A DNA stretch of 64,000 nt from Dudresnaya verticillata (Eukaryota), in assembly GCA_977862235.1 (NCBI GenBank), contig OZ374558.1:62001-126000 (forward strand), given 5' to 3'. The translations under genes and the position numbers were made by a program. This document shows positions 1 to 10,239 of the stretch, piece after piece; within the stretch, counting starts at the first letter, position 1; every line of letters starts with the position of its first letter. Under the pieces are notes generated by a model. That model was not told the DNA's origin. It ran no database searches and saw nothing but the letters and a program-made list of their open reading frames with translations.

Positions 1-1396
1 GCCTTGCTTCCTCCCCGCGCTAGCTGGAACTTTGACATTTCCGATGCCTGTCGGTGGAGACATCGGTGTTAGTGGGCAATATAGCCAAAGGGGGCTCGCT
101 TCTCCCGATACGCAACGATACGAGGCAGTAGATGGGGGACCGCTTGTATGTTTCGTCTGCTGTGGCCAACTGCGACACCAGGTATGCACAACTGTTCACA
201 ATCCGCGCAATACCGACGGCGATGGTTCAGCGGACGTCCGTAGATGTCCAGTACGCACATTGTCAAACAGCGTATGCAACACCTGGAGCGAATAACATAG
301 TGGCGCGGGCTGGGGCGCGATGGTGTGCGAGTGCACCACAGCGAGCAAGTCTTGCTACCAAGGACAACGGACAACAAGGGGTGTGAGTGTACAATGGGAG
401 CGAGGGGGGCGATTCGCCGGGTGGTTGCAGCGAGCAGAGCGGCGGTAGGCGTGGTCGGGATGTCTGGCGCGGCAGCGGGTGTGACAGCGAGACTGCGCAA
501 CACGGGCAGAGTTGAGCGCAGCTCGAGGTGGCTTGGTGGGCACGAAATGCTGGCGGTTGCGGTGGATGATGGATGGGATTGCGCGACTGAGTTCAGCTGT
601 ACGATGACGACGTTTGGGTGTGGCCAAAAGATCCCACAGTGAGCCAATCCGCACAAGCGCCAAATACATGTGCATCGCGCTGCGATGAACGAAGGCTCGC
701 GACTCTGTTGTAAGGGCCGTAGCGATGACGTCGGTTTGAGCGTTCTGACTCTCCTGCTGTGTTGCGTACGGGGCGGGGCGCAATACTGCTTTTTGGGGTG
801 AGAGGGCGGGGTGCCTTCACTGAGCGAAACATAGTAAGTGCTTCAGCCAAAGAGTATTGTTACCGAACTACGTACCTCCACCAACACAGCTACAACCATC
901 AATTAAAGAGCACCACTACCGCCAAAACGGTATCGACATGGAGTAAGGGGCTGACGCGTTGGCGATGCGATTGGAGATTGGAATGCTTTTTTAGACACTT
1001 TTGTGGGTCTGCTTTGCTGCCGCGGCGGAGGGGAGGGACGAGGTATCATTGTCCTGCTGCGCACCGCCAGTTCTGTGGATGTGATGTGCTGTGCGTCCGC
1101 GGGGGGCGAGCGTGGTGCAGCGCGTGATGTAGCGATGTGTCGGCAGAATGCTGCAGCGGCGGCGGCGCGAGGTGACGATGGGACTGTGATCGATGGGCGC
1201 CGCGGATGATTGTCGGATGGCGGCGCGTGCGGAGCGCGCGCAAGCGCCAAATACACTACACGTGCACTGCTCTGACGTGACAACGCGCCTTTCGACTTTT
1301 ACAACATCCGCTCCAAACAGCTCCGCCGCGCGGCACACCGCCGCCCACGCCGCGCTGCAACACCTCCCGCCGTCCCACTCGCAACTTTCATCGCGG

Positions 1397-1404
1397 CATA
1401 AATA
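1397..1404 (+). promoter_or_regulatory. TATA-like box (CATAAATA) upstream of the Sel1-Roc-COR gene
   Basis: It is an isolated AT-rich motif in GC-rich sequence about 100 bp before ATG 1505. The same octamer lies about 95 bp upstream of ATG 13377. Confidence 0.4.
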
Positions 1405-1504
1405 GCGCCGTGCGCTTGTCGCACTCGCTCCCGACACACAAGACACACCCCAACCATCTCATCTCCAACCGTCTCCACCCGCTCGACCACCCGCTCCTGC
1501 CGAC

Positions 1505-4500
1505 ATGGATGCCACACCGCAGCGCCGCGCCCTTCGCCAAGCTATCGACGACAATGCCGATGTCGACGACATGGTTGCACTCGCCTTTGTGTGCTGGGGC
1601 GCTTCAGATGGAGGGCCTGTTCTACCTTTGCAAGCCGTCGCCTTGCTCGAGCGAGCGATTGAAGATGGCGACCACAACGAAGCACGGCATGGCCTTGCAC
1701 TGTTGCTGAAGGAAGGTGCCGCGGGAGTGCCCAAGGACGAGCGCCGCGCCGCGGAGCTGGTCGAGCGCGCCAACGCGCGAGATCCGCGCGGGGCCTCGCT
1801 GTTCAATCTCGGATGGCGTCTCGATATCGGACGGCGCCATTTTGTCAAAGACACAAAGCGCGCGGCAGCGCTGTACGAACGAGCCGTTGCAGAGTTTGCG
1901 AATGTGAACGCAATGATCACTTTGGGCCTTCTCCTCGCAGCCGGCGACGGCGTCGCCAAAGACGCTCCGCGCGCGGCAGCGCTGTACGAACGAGCCGTTG
2001 CAGAGTTTGCGAATGTGAACGCAATGATCACTTTGGGCCTTCTCCTCGCAGCCGGCGACGGCGTCGCCAAAGACGCTCCGCGCGCCGCTGCGCTGTTCGA
2101 ACGAGCCGTTGCAGAGTTTGCGAATGTGGACGCAATGATCAATTTGGGCCTTCTCCTCGCAGCCGGCGACGGCGTCGCCAAAGACGCTCCGCGCGCCGCT
2201 GCGCTGTACGAACGAGCCGTTGCAGAGTTTGCGGATGTGGACGCAATGCTCCATTTGGGCTTTCTCCTCGCAACCGGTGACGGCGTCGCCAAAGACGCTC
2301 CGCGCGCCGCTGCGCTGTTCGAACGAGCCGTTGCAGAGTTTGCGAATGTGGACGCAATGATCAATTTGGGCCTTCTCCTCGCAGCCGGCGACGGCGTCGC
2401 CAAAGACGCTCCGCGCGCCGCTGCGCTGTACGAACGAGCCGTTGCAGAGTTTGCGGATGTGGACGCAATGCTCCATTTGGGCTTTCTCCTCGCAACCGGT
2501 GACGGCGTCGCCAAAGACGCTCCGCGCGCCGCTGCGCTGTTCGAGCGCGCCATCGCGGAGGGCGAAAATGTCGTCGCAATGTCCTTTTTGGGCCAATTGC
2601 TGCTGAGAGGCGGAATCGATGTTCCGCGAGACGTTCCGCGCGGCGTCGAACTGCTCCAACGCGCCTGCGACAGCGGTCACGAGTGGGCCCCAATGTTTAT
2701 GGTTCGGTTGGGCCAAATGCTTTTGTCCAATCATATCGGAGACGCGCGCGATCCGCCGCGCGCGAAGAGCCTCTTCCAACGCTCAATCGAACTCCATCGC
2801 ACCCGCTTCGCACTCTATGAGCTCGCCACATTGCTTGCCCGCGGAGATGTCGGTGTTGCTCGCGATGAGCAAACAGCAGCCGAGCTGCATCAACAGGCAG
2901 CGCATCAACTGCTAACGCCCCTTGAGCTTAAAGGAATCGGCAGCCGGTCGCAATACCTTGTCAACCGCATCGGTGACACCAGCACACTTGTTGAAAACAC
3001 CCTCAAGACCGCCACAGCAAAGCCACGGCAGTGCTTTCTTCTTGTTCTCGGCGGTGCGGCACGTGGTAAGACAAGCACGGTAAGGAGCCTGCGCTCCATG
3101 CCGTTCATTGCCACCCACCAGCCGACACACTTTGTGTCGCTGAGTCGCACTCTTGTCGTCCCGGACGGCCCCAAGTTGGACGATGACATTGTCGACCAGC
3201 TCGCCTTCTACAGCGAGGCCTTCCATGCCCTCATGTCACGGTCACGTATTCCAGTGTTACACACGCCAACGGAACGACCAACGCCATCTACAGCAAGTGC
3301 ATCCGATGCCGGCTCCTTTCGAGCTGGATCGGCGTTTCTCCCAACTGCAACTGATGCATCATCGCGGCCGAGTGAAAAATCCACCGCAAGATTCCGCCTT
3401 AAACTCCCCACTGGGCTCAACCGAGCTCCTCCGACCAAGAGGACCGTTCCCCAGAGTGGACCTCCGACCAAGAGGACCGTTCCCCAGAGTGGAGACACAT
3501 TGGCAAGCAGCCATACCACTGCTCAACAACCACCAGCTCCGCCCAGCATTGCTGCTTCGCAGTCTATAAACTCCCAAGCGTCTCCCATTTGGGAAGCAGC
3601 ACGGCAAGGGCTCATGAGTGACGCATTACCTGCGGATAATCGAGCTGCGTTGGTGCAATGCTGGGACCTTGGGGGTCAGGCAGAGTATCTCAGTGTTCCC
3701 GCAATCTTCATCCGCCGCGCTTCCATTTTTGTTTTCGTGGTAGACCTGAAAAGGTTTGCTTGTGAAGTCACCGAAGAGGACGAAGTGTTAGAATTGTGCA
3801 ACTGGATGCAAATGGCACATGCGTCTTCGCAAAACCCGAACATTGTTTGGGTGATCCTGGTGGGAACCAGGAAGGCAGAAGTTGAAAGCCCTGAAGACTT
3901 GTTTCAGCAGCTGCGACAAAAACTGCGAAAGCATCTCGGAAGGGCTGTCTACGATGACTGGGTACGTGAGAAGGGTGATGTCGACAAATGCAAGTGTCGG
4001 TGGGTTGCCATCGAGAACAAGAACAGCAGTGCTGAACAAGACCGTGCCGGGTCAGGCGTTGTGGAACTAGAGAAGTTTATCAAGGAAGCGAGTGAAGACA
4101 TTCTTGACGGAAGGGAAGAGGTTCCAGTTCGGTGGGCTGCCCTCAGGGAAGCCATTTTGTCGCACGCCACTGAAAGCCAAAAAGTCTTTCTGGTAATGAC
4201 AGAAGTTCAGAGCCATGCTGCCAGACTTCCCGGATTCTCTAGTGACAAGGAGGAGAGAGAAGCCGACGTTGAGAAATGCGTTCAATTCCAGAGTCAACAA
4301 GGGCATATCGTCGAAGTTCAGACGGGCGAGGGATGGTTCGTGTTCCCAGATCCGAGAATAATTCTGGACTTTATTCGGCAGGTCACGGGGCCGGCGGAAC
4401 TTATGCGAGAACGACTGGGTGAAGAAGAAGCGAAAGAGTTTGAAAGGCGTTTACAGACTCTGGGACAGCATGAAGCACAAAGTTACGAGAAAGGACTGAT

Positions 4501-5134
4501 CCCACGAAAGGGACTGGATGAATTGTGGTGTAAATACCCACCAGCTGTCCGAAAAGTCATGCTTGACATTCTTTGTCAATTTGACATCCTCATGCGCCTT
4601 CAGGCAGTGGAAGGAGCGGACGGTGAACAGAACGAGCTAATCGGGATACCTTCACTGCTGCCAAAGGGCTGGGAAGGGTTCTCGTATGACACAAAGGAGG
4701 GAGAGAGTGAACTAATTTTACGAACAGAGTTTGTCGATACCATTCCGCCAAGTCTGACAGGGTCACTGATCGCGTACCTTCACCGAACCATTGGAAGAGA
4801 GCGGACAAAACCGCCCGAGCTTCGTCAAGATGCCGTCATCCTGTCACTTGAGGGAGCATGCCGGGTTGTTGTTTGCTTTGTTCCAGAGAAGAGATGGGTG
4901 GTGTGGACCATCAGGTCGGAAAGCGATGAAGCTTTGCAGATTGCACACAAGTGTTTGCAGGGTATGGAAAGATTTTTGAAGGGACCGCTGCACGGAAGTA
5001 AGGCCAATTGGAGTCATCATATGATGACAGACTGCCCTTCGGAAATTCGCGGGGGCTGTGGGGGTACCAGTACCGTACGCTTGAAAATCCCTGAGGCTTG
5101 GGTAAGAAGTGAGAAGTGTGAGACGTTGGACTGA
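1505..5134 (+). CDS. Sel1-like repeat / Roc GTPase / COR-like protein (ROCO-type), 1209 aa
   Basis: About 10-11 Sel1-like units (AMxxLGxLLxxGDGVAKDxxRAAALYERA) are followed by P-loop GGAARGKTS, G3 WDLGGQAEY, G4-like VILVGTRK and a COR-like region (EVPVRWAAL...GWFVFPDPRII...ILCQFDIL...IPSLLP). Confidence 0.85.
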   Translation: MDATPQRRALRQAIDDNADVDDMVALAFVCWGASDGGPVLPLQAVALLERAIEDGDHNEARHGLALLLKEGAAGVPKDERRAAELVERANARDPRGASLFNLGWRLDIGRRHFVKDTKRAAALYERAVAEFANVNAMITLGLLLAAGDGVAKDAPRAAALYERAVAEFANVNAMITLGLLLAAGDGVAKDAPRAAALFERAVAEFANVDAMINLGLLLAAGDGVAKDAPRAAALYERAVAEFADVDAMLHLGFLLATGDGVAKDAPRAAALFERAVAEFANVDAMINLGLLLAAGDGVAKDAPRAAALYERAVAEFADVDAMLHLGFLLATGDGVAKDAPRAAALFERAIAEGENVVAMSFLGQLLLRGGIDVPRDVPRGVELLQRACDSGHEWAPMFMVRLGQMLLSNHIGDARDPPRAKSLFQRSIELHRTRFALYELATLLARGDVGVARDEQTAAELHQQAAHQLLTPLELKGIGSRSQYLVNRIGDTSTLVENTLKTATAKPRQCFLLVLGGAARGKTSTVRSLRSMPFIATHQPTHFVSLSRTLVVPDGPKLDDDIVDQLAFYSEAFHALMSRSRIPVLHTPTERPTPSTASASDAGSFRAGSAFLPTATDASSRPSEKSTARFRLKLPTGLNRAPPTKRTVPQSGPPTKRTVPQSGDTLASSHTTAQQPPAPPSIAASQSINSQASPIWEAARQGLMSDALPADNRAALVQCWDLGGQAEYLSVPAIFIRRASIFVFVVDLKRFACEVTEEDEVLELCNWMQMAHASSQNPNIVWVILVGTRKAEVESPEDLFQQLRQKLRKHLGRAVYDDWVREKGDVDKCKCRWVAIENKNSSAEQDRAGSGVVELEKFIKEASEDILDGREEVPVRWAALREAILSHATESQKVFLVMTEVQSHAARLPGFSSDKEEREADVEKCVQFQSQQGHIVEVQTGEGWFVFPDPRIILDFIRQVTGPAELMRERLGEEEAKEFERRLQTLGQHEAQSYEKGLIPRKGLDELWCKYPPAVRKVMLDILCQFDILMRLQAVEGADGEQNELIGIPSLLPKGWEGFSYDTKEGESELILRTEFVDTIPPSLTGSLIAYLHRTIGRERTKPPELRQDAVILSLEGACRVVVCFVPEKRWVVWTIRSESDEALQIAHKCLQGMERFLKGPLHGSKANWSHHMMTDCPSEIRGGCGGTSTVRLKIPEAWVRSEKCETLD
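1859..2545 (+). repeat. Intragenic tandem array of 111-bp (37-aa) Sel1 units: six near-identical copies plus part of a seventh
   Basis: Units start at 1859, 1970, 2081, 2192, 2303, 2414 and 2525. The pattern is A-A-B-C-B-C, so units 3+4 are repeated as units 5+6. Confidence 0.95.
3428..3493 (+). repeat. Perfect 33-bp tandem duplication (PPTKRTVPQSG x2) within the Roc insert
   Basis: CCTCCGACCAAGAGGACCGTTCCCCAGAGTGGA occurs at 3428-3460 and 3461-3493. Confidence 0.95.
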
Positions 5135-5806
5135 GCAGAAGGATCTTGCCTTCGCAATGAGCAGAGTTGCCAGACTTGGACGTACAAGCAGTTGAAGGAG
5201 CACATCCTTGGGAGAGTACTTGGGGGCCCAAGTCATCGCCCTTTTAGATTGCAAGAACCCGTAATGCTATACGATGTATTTATCAGCCATGCTGGGGAAG
5301 ATAAGAAGTCACTTGCATTGCCGCTATGGAATGCGTTGGAGAAGAGGGACCTACGTTGTTTTCTGGATGAAAAGTGTATGAAGGCTTCCCCGCAAAAGAT
5401 CGAAGAAAGAATCTGGGCAGCAGTCCGGGGCAGCAAGGCTGGCATCTTCATCCTGTCACCGTCGTTTGTCTCTCGCAAGTGGCCCATGTTGGAGCTGTCA
5501 GAATTTCTCAAGCGCAAACAAGGATCACAGCGCCTTGTGCTGTTCCCGGTATTCTACAAACTCCAGTTCAGAGATTGTAGGAACAAACAGCTTCCGTTCG
5601 ACAATCGATTTTGGCGAGTGTTTAAAGATAATGGCTTCTTTGACCGCGCAGAGGTCGGGAATAATTACCCAGTGACGAAGGTAATGGATACACTTTCGGC
5701 GCTGACGAAGTATTTTGGTGCTCGGAACGATCAAGGCGAGTCGGAAAATCAGTTAGCAGAGAGAGCAGCAGGTATGTTGTCTGCGTGTTTAAGAAAAATC
5801 CAATAA
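5135..5806 (+). CDS. TIR domain, in frame with the upstream ROCO ORF after one TGA
   Basis: Motifs are YDVFISHAGEDK, CFLDEK, GIFILSPSFVSRKWPMLEL and LFPVFY. The frame is open from 5135 to TAA 5804-5806 and is the same frame as 1505. Confidence 0.85.
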   Translation, partial: AEGSCLRNEQSCQTWTYKQLKEHILGRVLGGPSHRPFRLQEPVMLYDVFISHAGEDKKSLALPLWNALEKRDLRCFLDEKCMKASPQKIEERIWAAVRGSKAGIFILSPSFVSRKWPMLELSEFLKRKQGSQRLVLFPVFYKLQFRDCRNKQLPFDNRFWRVFKDNGFFDRAEVGNNYPVTKVMDTLSALTKYFGARNDQGESENQLAERAAGMLSACLRKIQ

Positions 5807-6172
5807 AGTATGCCATCATAGGTGTAGCTGTGTGCTGCTTTCAACCGCAATCGTTCTATGTTTCTCGCTAAAGCCTCCATCACTTTTTTTTGTACAATAG
5901 TAATGCACTCACCTTCTGAAATGCCCGGCAAAAGCTCCATGCGAAAGCATCATGGTCTGTGTTTTCATTTGTAATGTCAAGGACAGGCTCAGATCACGCT
6001 CCATGGTTGCAGTCTTTGTTCCGTACGAAAATATAAATAAAATACCACATGTTAGGACCACGTTAAACAACAAATAAAAGACAACAACACACATGTTGCA
6101 AATGGTCTTTCTGGCAACCGGAAGTGTCCAATATAGAACGGTTTGCGTTCTTTTCGCCGCGTTTGGAAAATT

Positions 6173-7020
6173 ATGGCAACGCTGTGGGCGTATGGAAAGC
6201 CTCTGATGGCAATCGTGTACCCTGGCAGGGTACCTGTGGCGAGCGGATGTTCGGCAACGTACCTTGGCGGCGCAGTACAAGGTCAAGGTTTTAGCCGGGC
6301 ACATTGCCGGCGTAGGCGGGAGACCGGCAGGCTCGGCTAGTTGTAGTACAGGACAGCTGCGTGCGGCCGGTTTCAGATACAGACAAGCAGCAACGAAATG
6401 GGGGCCTGTACATTCTGCGTTGCTTCGATTGGCAGAAACACTGGTTCGTTCCAACCCAGAGGCTGCTTATGCTGTGATGGTCCGAGTACTGGTGCTGTAG
6501 TACTCTTGAAATGACATCATCATCATCTTGAAATGACAGGAGCGGGATAAGGTGAGTCGGACGATGCAGTAATTGTAGTACTGCGATCCTTGCACAACGT
6601 AATCAGAACGAGTCCGCCGTACGCGATGGGGAACACAACTGGAGACTGGGTCCAGTTGCACGGGAAATTGCAGGCGACGGGTGAGATAAGTGAATGGGCA
6701 AAGACAATGATGAGCAAAGTGGAAAAAGTGTGCTCCGAGACTGTGGGCCAAGGCAATAACGCCATGTTTGAAGGGTGGGGATGATCGCCTTTTGCACACA
6801 TTGCAAGTTTGGTATACGGATACAGGATGCGCTTTAACGAAGGACAAACAGTTATGAGCTGTGGGGCACTGAAAAGGACAAGCTATTCGTTGAAAAGCTT
6901 TTTGGCAACTGGTTGAACAAGATTATGAAACTGGAGCGCGAGAGTATCAAAGAAGTGAATGGGAGAGTGGAAATCGGAGCGTATGAAGGCGTGGTGGAAA
7001 CCAAAGTGGAGTGATGATAA
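6173..7020 (+). pseudogene. Possible decayed coding sequence, product unknown
   Basis: A chain of short protein-like plus-strand ORFs is broken by stops and frameshifts. No family was recognised. Confidence 0.25.
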
Positions 7021-7610
7021 AGTGTACTCAACAAAGTTTAGAGTTTACTTGCCTCGGCGTCAACGGCCTATTGGCAAACACACTGCGCATCTAGAGCTGG
7101 CCCTATCGAGCTGTGGTGGGGTCGTAGGAGGATGTAGTATGTTGGAGGCCCAATTGCTTTTTGTCCAACAGGGGGATTGCCCTCTTTCCTCTTTATAAAT
7201 TTTTCTGTCGCGAGAGAGTAAACAAACGTTAGTCGATGGAATCAAAGAGTCAATCACAACTGTAACTCATCGAAATGCTTCCTATTATGTTGGAGACGAG
7301 AGTCGATTGGAATGCTTTCATACCTCCCAATGGTATAAATCAAGTGTGGTTGGAGTGCGGCCCTAATGTTGCAGTGCTTTGGGCATAGTGGATGTTAGCA
7401 GCTCCGCGAGAGGAAGCTTGCGGTTGTCTTGAAACTGAGGAAGAATCGCGCACTAGCCTGGTTTGATGTACAAGTATGTTAGATCAAAGTTATATTCAGT
7501 ACAAAAGCCTTGCTCCGATGCGTAGAGAAAGATGGATAATGCCGACAAGAACCTCAACAGCTCAACCTGATTCAACGCCCCAAGTCCGAAGTTGACTTGA
7601 TCCCGACAAG

Positions 7611-8606
7611 ATGAAGAATACGGGTTCTGTGCTTGTTTTCATTGTTATAGTGCTGCATACACTGTTGGTGAGCACTATTTCCGTCATGCATACAGGTTTT
7701 GAAAATGAGCAGTCCAGTGCCAAGCTGGTCGAGACCCCATTGCGTTTCAACGGCTCAACGACAAGTAGGATGACGCACGAGCTCAAATACTTTCACAGAA
7801 GGTGGGAAAGGGATTGCGCCCAGACACTAGTTTCAGGAAGAAAGCCAGTCGGATATCGATGTGAGAGAAAGTATACCCGAACGAGATTACGGGATTTCGA
7901 GATCAATATCAACGTAACTGAAGATGCAAGAGAGAGCATGCGAAGACAAGGGCTTGACATTGTGATCTACAAAGGGTTCAATGGCTCTAACCCAAAAGAC
8001 AACGCCTTCAACACGGCATGGGTTGTCAAGAAGAACAAGGACATTGGCTCTAGAGGAGTATCTTTCAGGTGGTTTGAGCACTACTATAGGGCTGTGTTTA
8101 CCAACGCTGTGGCTGTTGGGGATGTGTTGAATATTATTGAAGACGTTTCTCGAGACCAATCGCCTGTATCTCCACCATTTTTCGATTGGGAAGCAGCTCT
8201 CTTCGATCAACCCAGTTCTATTTGGCGCATCTATGATGCTCGCTTGGGCTTGTTTCCGCGCATGTCGGTTAGTTCTGTTTTTTCTCCACAGCGCTACCCC
8301 GTGCTCCTAAGCCCAGTGCTATTTGAGGACGGAGAAGATGTGGTATGGCAACCCTCTTTCCACTCGCAATTTGCTCATTCTTGGGCGATGAAAGCAATAG
8401 GGACTACCCTGCGCTGCCTTACGCTCAGCCTACAGGCAGGCGTGGAGACCTCGACTTTCACTGGCACAGCGCAAGGCAGGCAGATTGGAATTCATTATAT
8501 TTCCGAGTATGTCATTAGACGGTCCCCCAGAATTAAGCGCCCCTTTCTGTTCTCCCTTGAGACAGATAATAACGAGCTGAGGTGGACTCGAGGCAGGTGC
8601 CCTTAG
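7611..8606 (+). CDS. Hypothetical secreted or membrane-anchored protein, 331 aa
   Basis: It is an uninterrupted ATG-initiated ORF with an N-terminal hydrophobic segment (VLVFIVIVLHTLLVSTISV) and a beta-rich, aromatic-patterned body. Confidence 0.65.
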   Translation: MKNTGSVLVFIVIVLHTLLVSTISVMHTGFENEQSSAKLVETPLRFNGSTTSRMTHELKYFHRRWERDCAQTLVSGRKPVGYRCERKYTRTRLRDFEININVTEDARESMRRQGLDIVIYKGFNGSNPKDNAFNTAWVVKKNKDIGSRGVSFRWFEHYYRAVFTNAVAVGDVLNIIEDVSRDQSPVSPPFFDWEAALFDQPSSIWRIYDARLGLFPRMSVSSVFSPQRYPVLLSPVLFEDGEDVVWQPSFHSQFAHSWAMKAIGTTLRCLTLSLQAGVETSTFTGTAQGRQIGIHYISEYVIRRSPRIKRPFLFSLETDNNELRWTRGRCP

Positions 8607-8865
8607 TTTGTCTTAGTCTTTCTGAGATGCGACCTGTCGACACGGTGGCCTTCGCAGCACCACTACGGAGAAGCAGTGGAGCGACAAGTATGTCCATGCA
8701 ATTTAAAGGATAATTCGTATCAACTCATTTTCAAAGTTATTCTTTGCTTTGTTGACACGTGTGCTGCCGTTTCACCGAACGGTGGAATTACACTGTAATC
8801 ACTTGTGCCGCGCTGGAAGTGTACAACAAGGACCTCACTGTACTGTACCATGTCGCCAACCTCCA

Positions 8866-8968
8866 CCGTCCCGTCCCGTCCGGTCCCATCTCGTCCCGTC
8901 CCGTCCCGTCCCGTCCCGTGCTCGTCCCGTGCTCGTCCCACCCCGCCACCCCCCCCCCCCCCCCCCCC
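8866..8968 (+). repeat. (CCCGT)n pentamer repeats followed by a C20 tract directly before ATG 8969
   Basis: Read directly from the sequence; the C run spans 8949-8968. Confidence 0.9.
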
Positions 8969-9801
8969 ATGCCATCCTCGCCGCCGCCGCCGTCGCCGCA
9001 CGCCGCAGAGCTGCACCGCGCCCATGCAGCCCTGTCCGACCTACACGCGCAGCGCCGCGACGCCACGCGCCGCGCCCAGCTCGCCGCGGACGACCACGAC
9101 GACGCCGCTGCCGCGGAGCATCTGCTACGCGCCTCGCGCCTCGCAGGCCGCATCGCAGCGCTCGAGCTCCACGTCGCAGACTCGTTTGAGGGCCTGGCCG
9201 TGCCGCCGGAGCGCGACGTCGCCGACGACCGCCACGAGCCTCACAAGCCTCACAAGGCCAACAATGAGCCCAACGAGAGCGTCGCACGCGACGAGGTGCA
9301 CGAGATCGACGCGGTAGCGCCCCACCCCCGCTTTTCGTCCCGCGATAGCGACGGTGAAAGTGACAGCAACAGCAGTGACGACGACGACGGCAACGTCGAC
9401 TGCAACAGCGACGACGAAAACGACGACGACAGTGACACCGACGATTGCGACGACGACCACCAACTGGAGGACCGGCATTCCGTGATCGAAACCAAGCGCA
9501 GCGCTGTGCAAACGCTAGAGGCGTCGGTGCGCGACCTGGAGGCGCAGCGGCGCGCGGCCGTGGACGACGCGGTGCGCCAGCGCCGCGCCAACGGCCATTC
9601 TGGCACCGGCACCGGCACCGGCACCGGCGCGGTCAGCGCGGCCGCGCTGGTGGCGCGTCTGACGCGGCAGCTCGCGCTGTACTCGGCCGAGCTGCAGCGG
9701 GCGCGGCAGCAGCTGGACGCGCTTGAGGACGCGGCGTTTGTCGGGTCGGTGCACAGAGCCAACCAGCGGTTTGTGGAAGACATGGGCAAGCTACGCGCCG
9801 A

Positions 9802-9833
<32 letters not shown>

Positions 9834-9922
9834 AGGCCGCGTTCATCGCGGAGGAGGACGTGCGCGCGGAGATCGCGGCCATGGAGGACGCGGACCTGCA
9901 GGGCCTTGACGTTTGCTTTTGA
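8969..9922 (+). CDS. Hypothetical coiled-coil protein with an acidic linker, about 317 aa
   Basis: This GC-rich ORF has strong third-position GC bias and two predicted helical segments separated by an Asp/Ser-rich tract. The start was set at the first ATG after the C20 tract. Confidence 0.7.
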
Positions 9923-10239
9923 GGGCGCGCATGTGTTCTCGACCGCGACCACGCGTCGGTGTGAATCCTCGCGGCGGCAAAGGCGTCGATATAAATGGAA
10001 TTGTGAAGAGAATTGAGCGGCGCGCCGGCGGCGCGGACGGCGGCGCTCTGTAAGGCGTTTCCGACAGTAAGTAATGAACGCCGATGTTATATTGGCCGTC
10101 CTCAACAGCAAGCGCAGCTACCTGCCTTAGGAAGGTACTTGCCTAACAAAGCTCCTAAAGATGAGAGAGCAAGTGCAAACTTTCATGGGCGATATTCTAG
10201 ACGACAGCCCCTTGAGCCTTGCACGCTGCACCGGCACGC

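Noticed and set aside
1859..2545. CRISPR-like regular repeat
   Set aside because: The units are contiguous coding repeats with no unique spacers, there are no cas genes and the context is eukaryotic.
1459..2779. Long antisense ORFs (364 and 385 aa) over the Sel1 array
   Set aside because: They are shadows of a GC-rich repeat whose unit is a multiple of three, with no independent protein signature.
5132..5134. Selenocysteine call for the in-frame TGA
   Set aside because: I could not identify a SECIS element by eye, so this stays an untested possibility.
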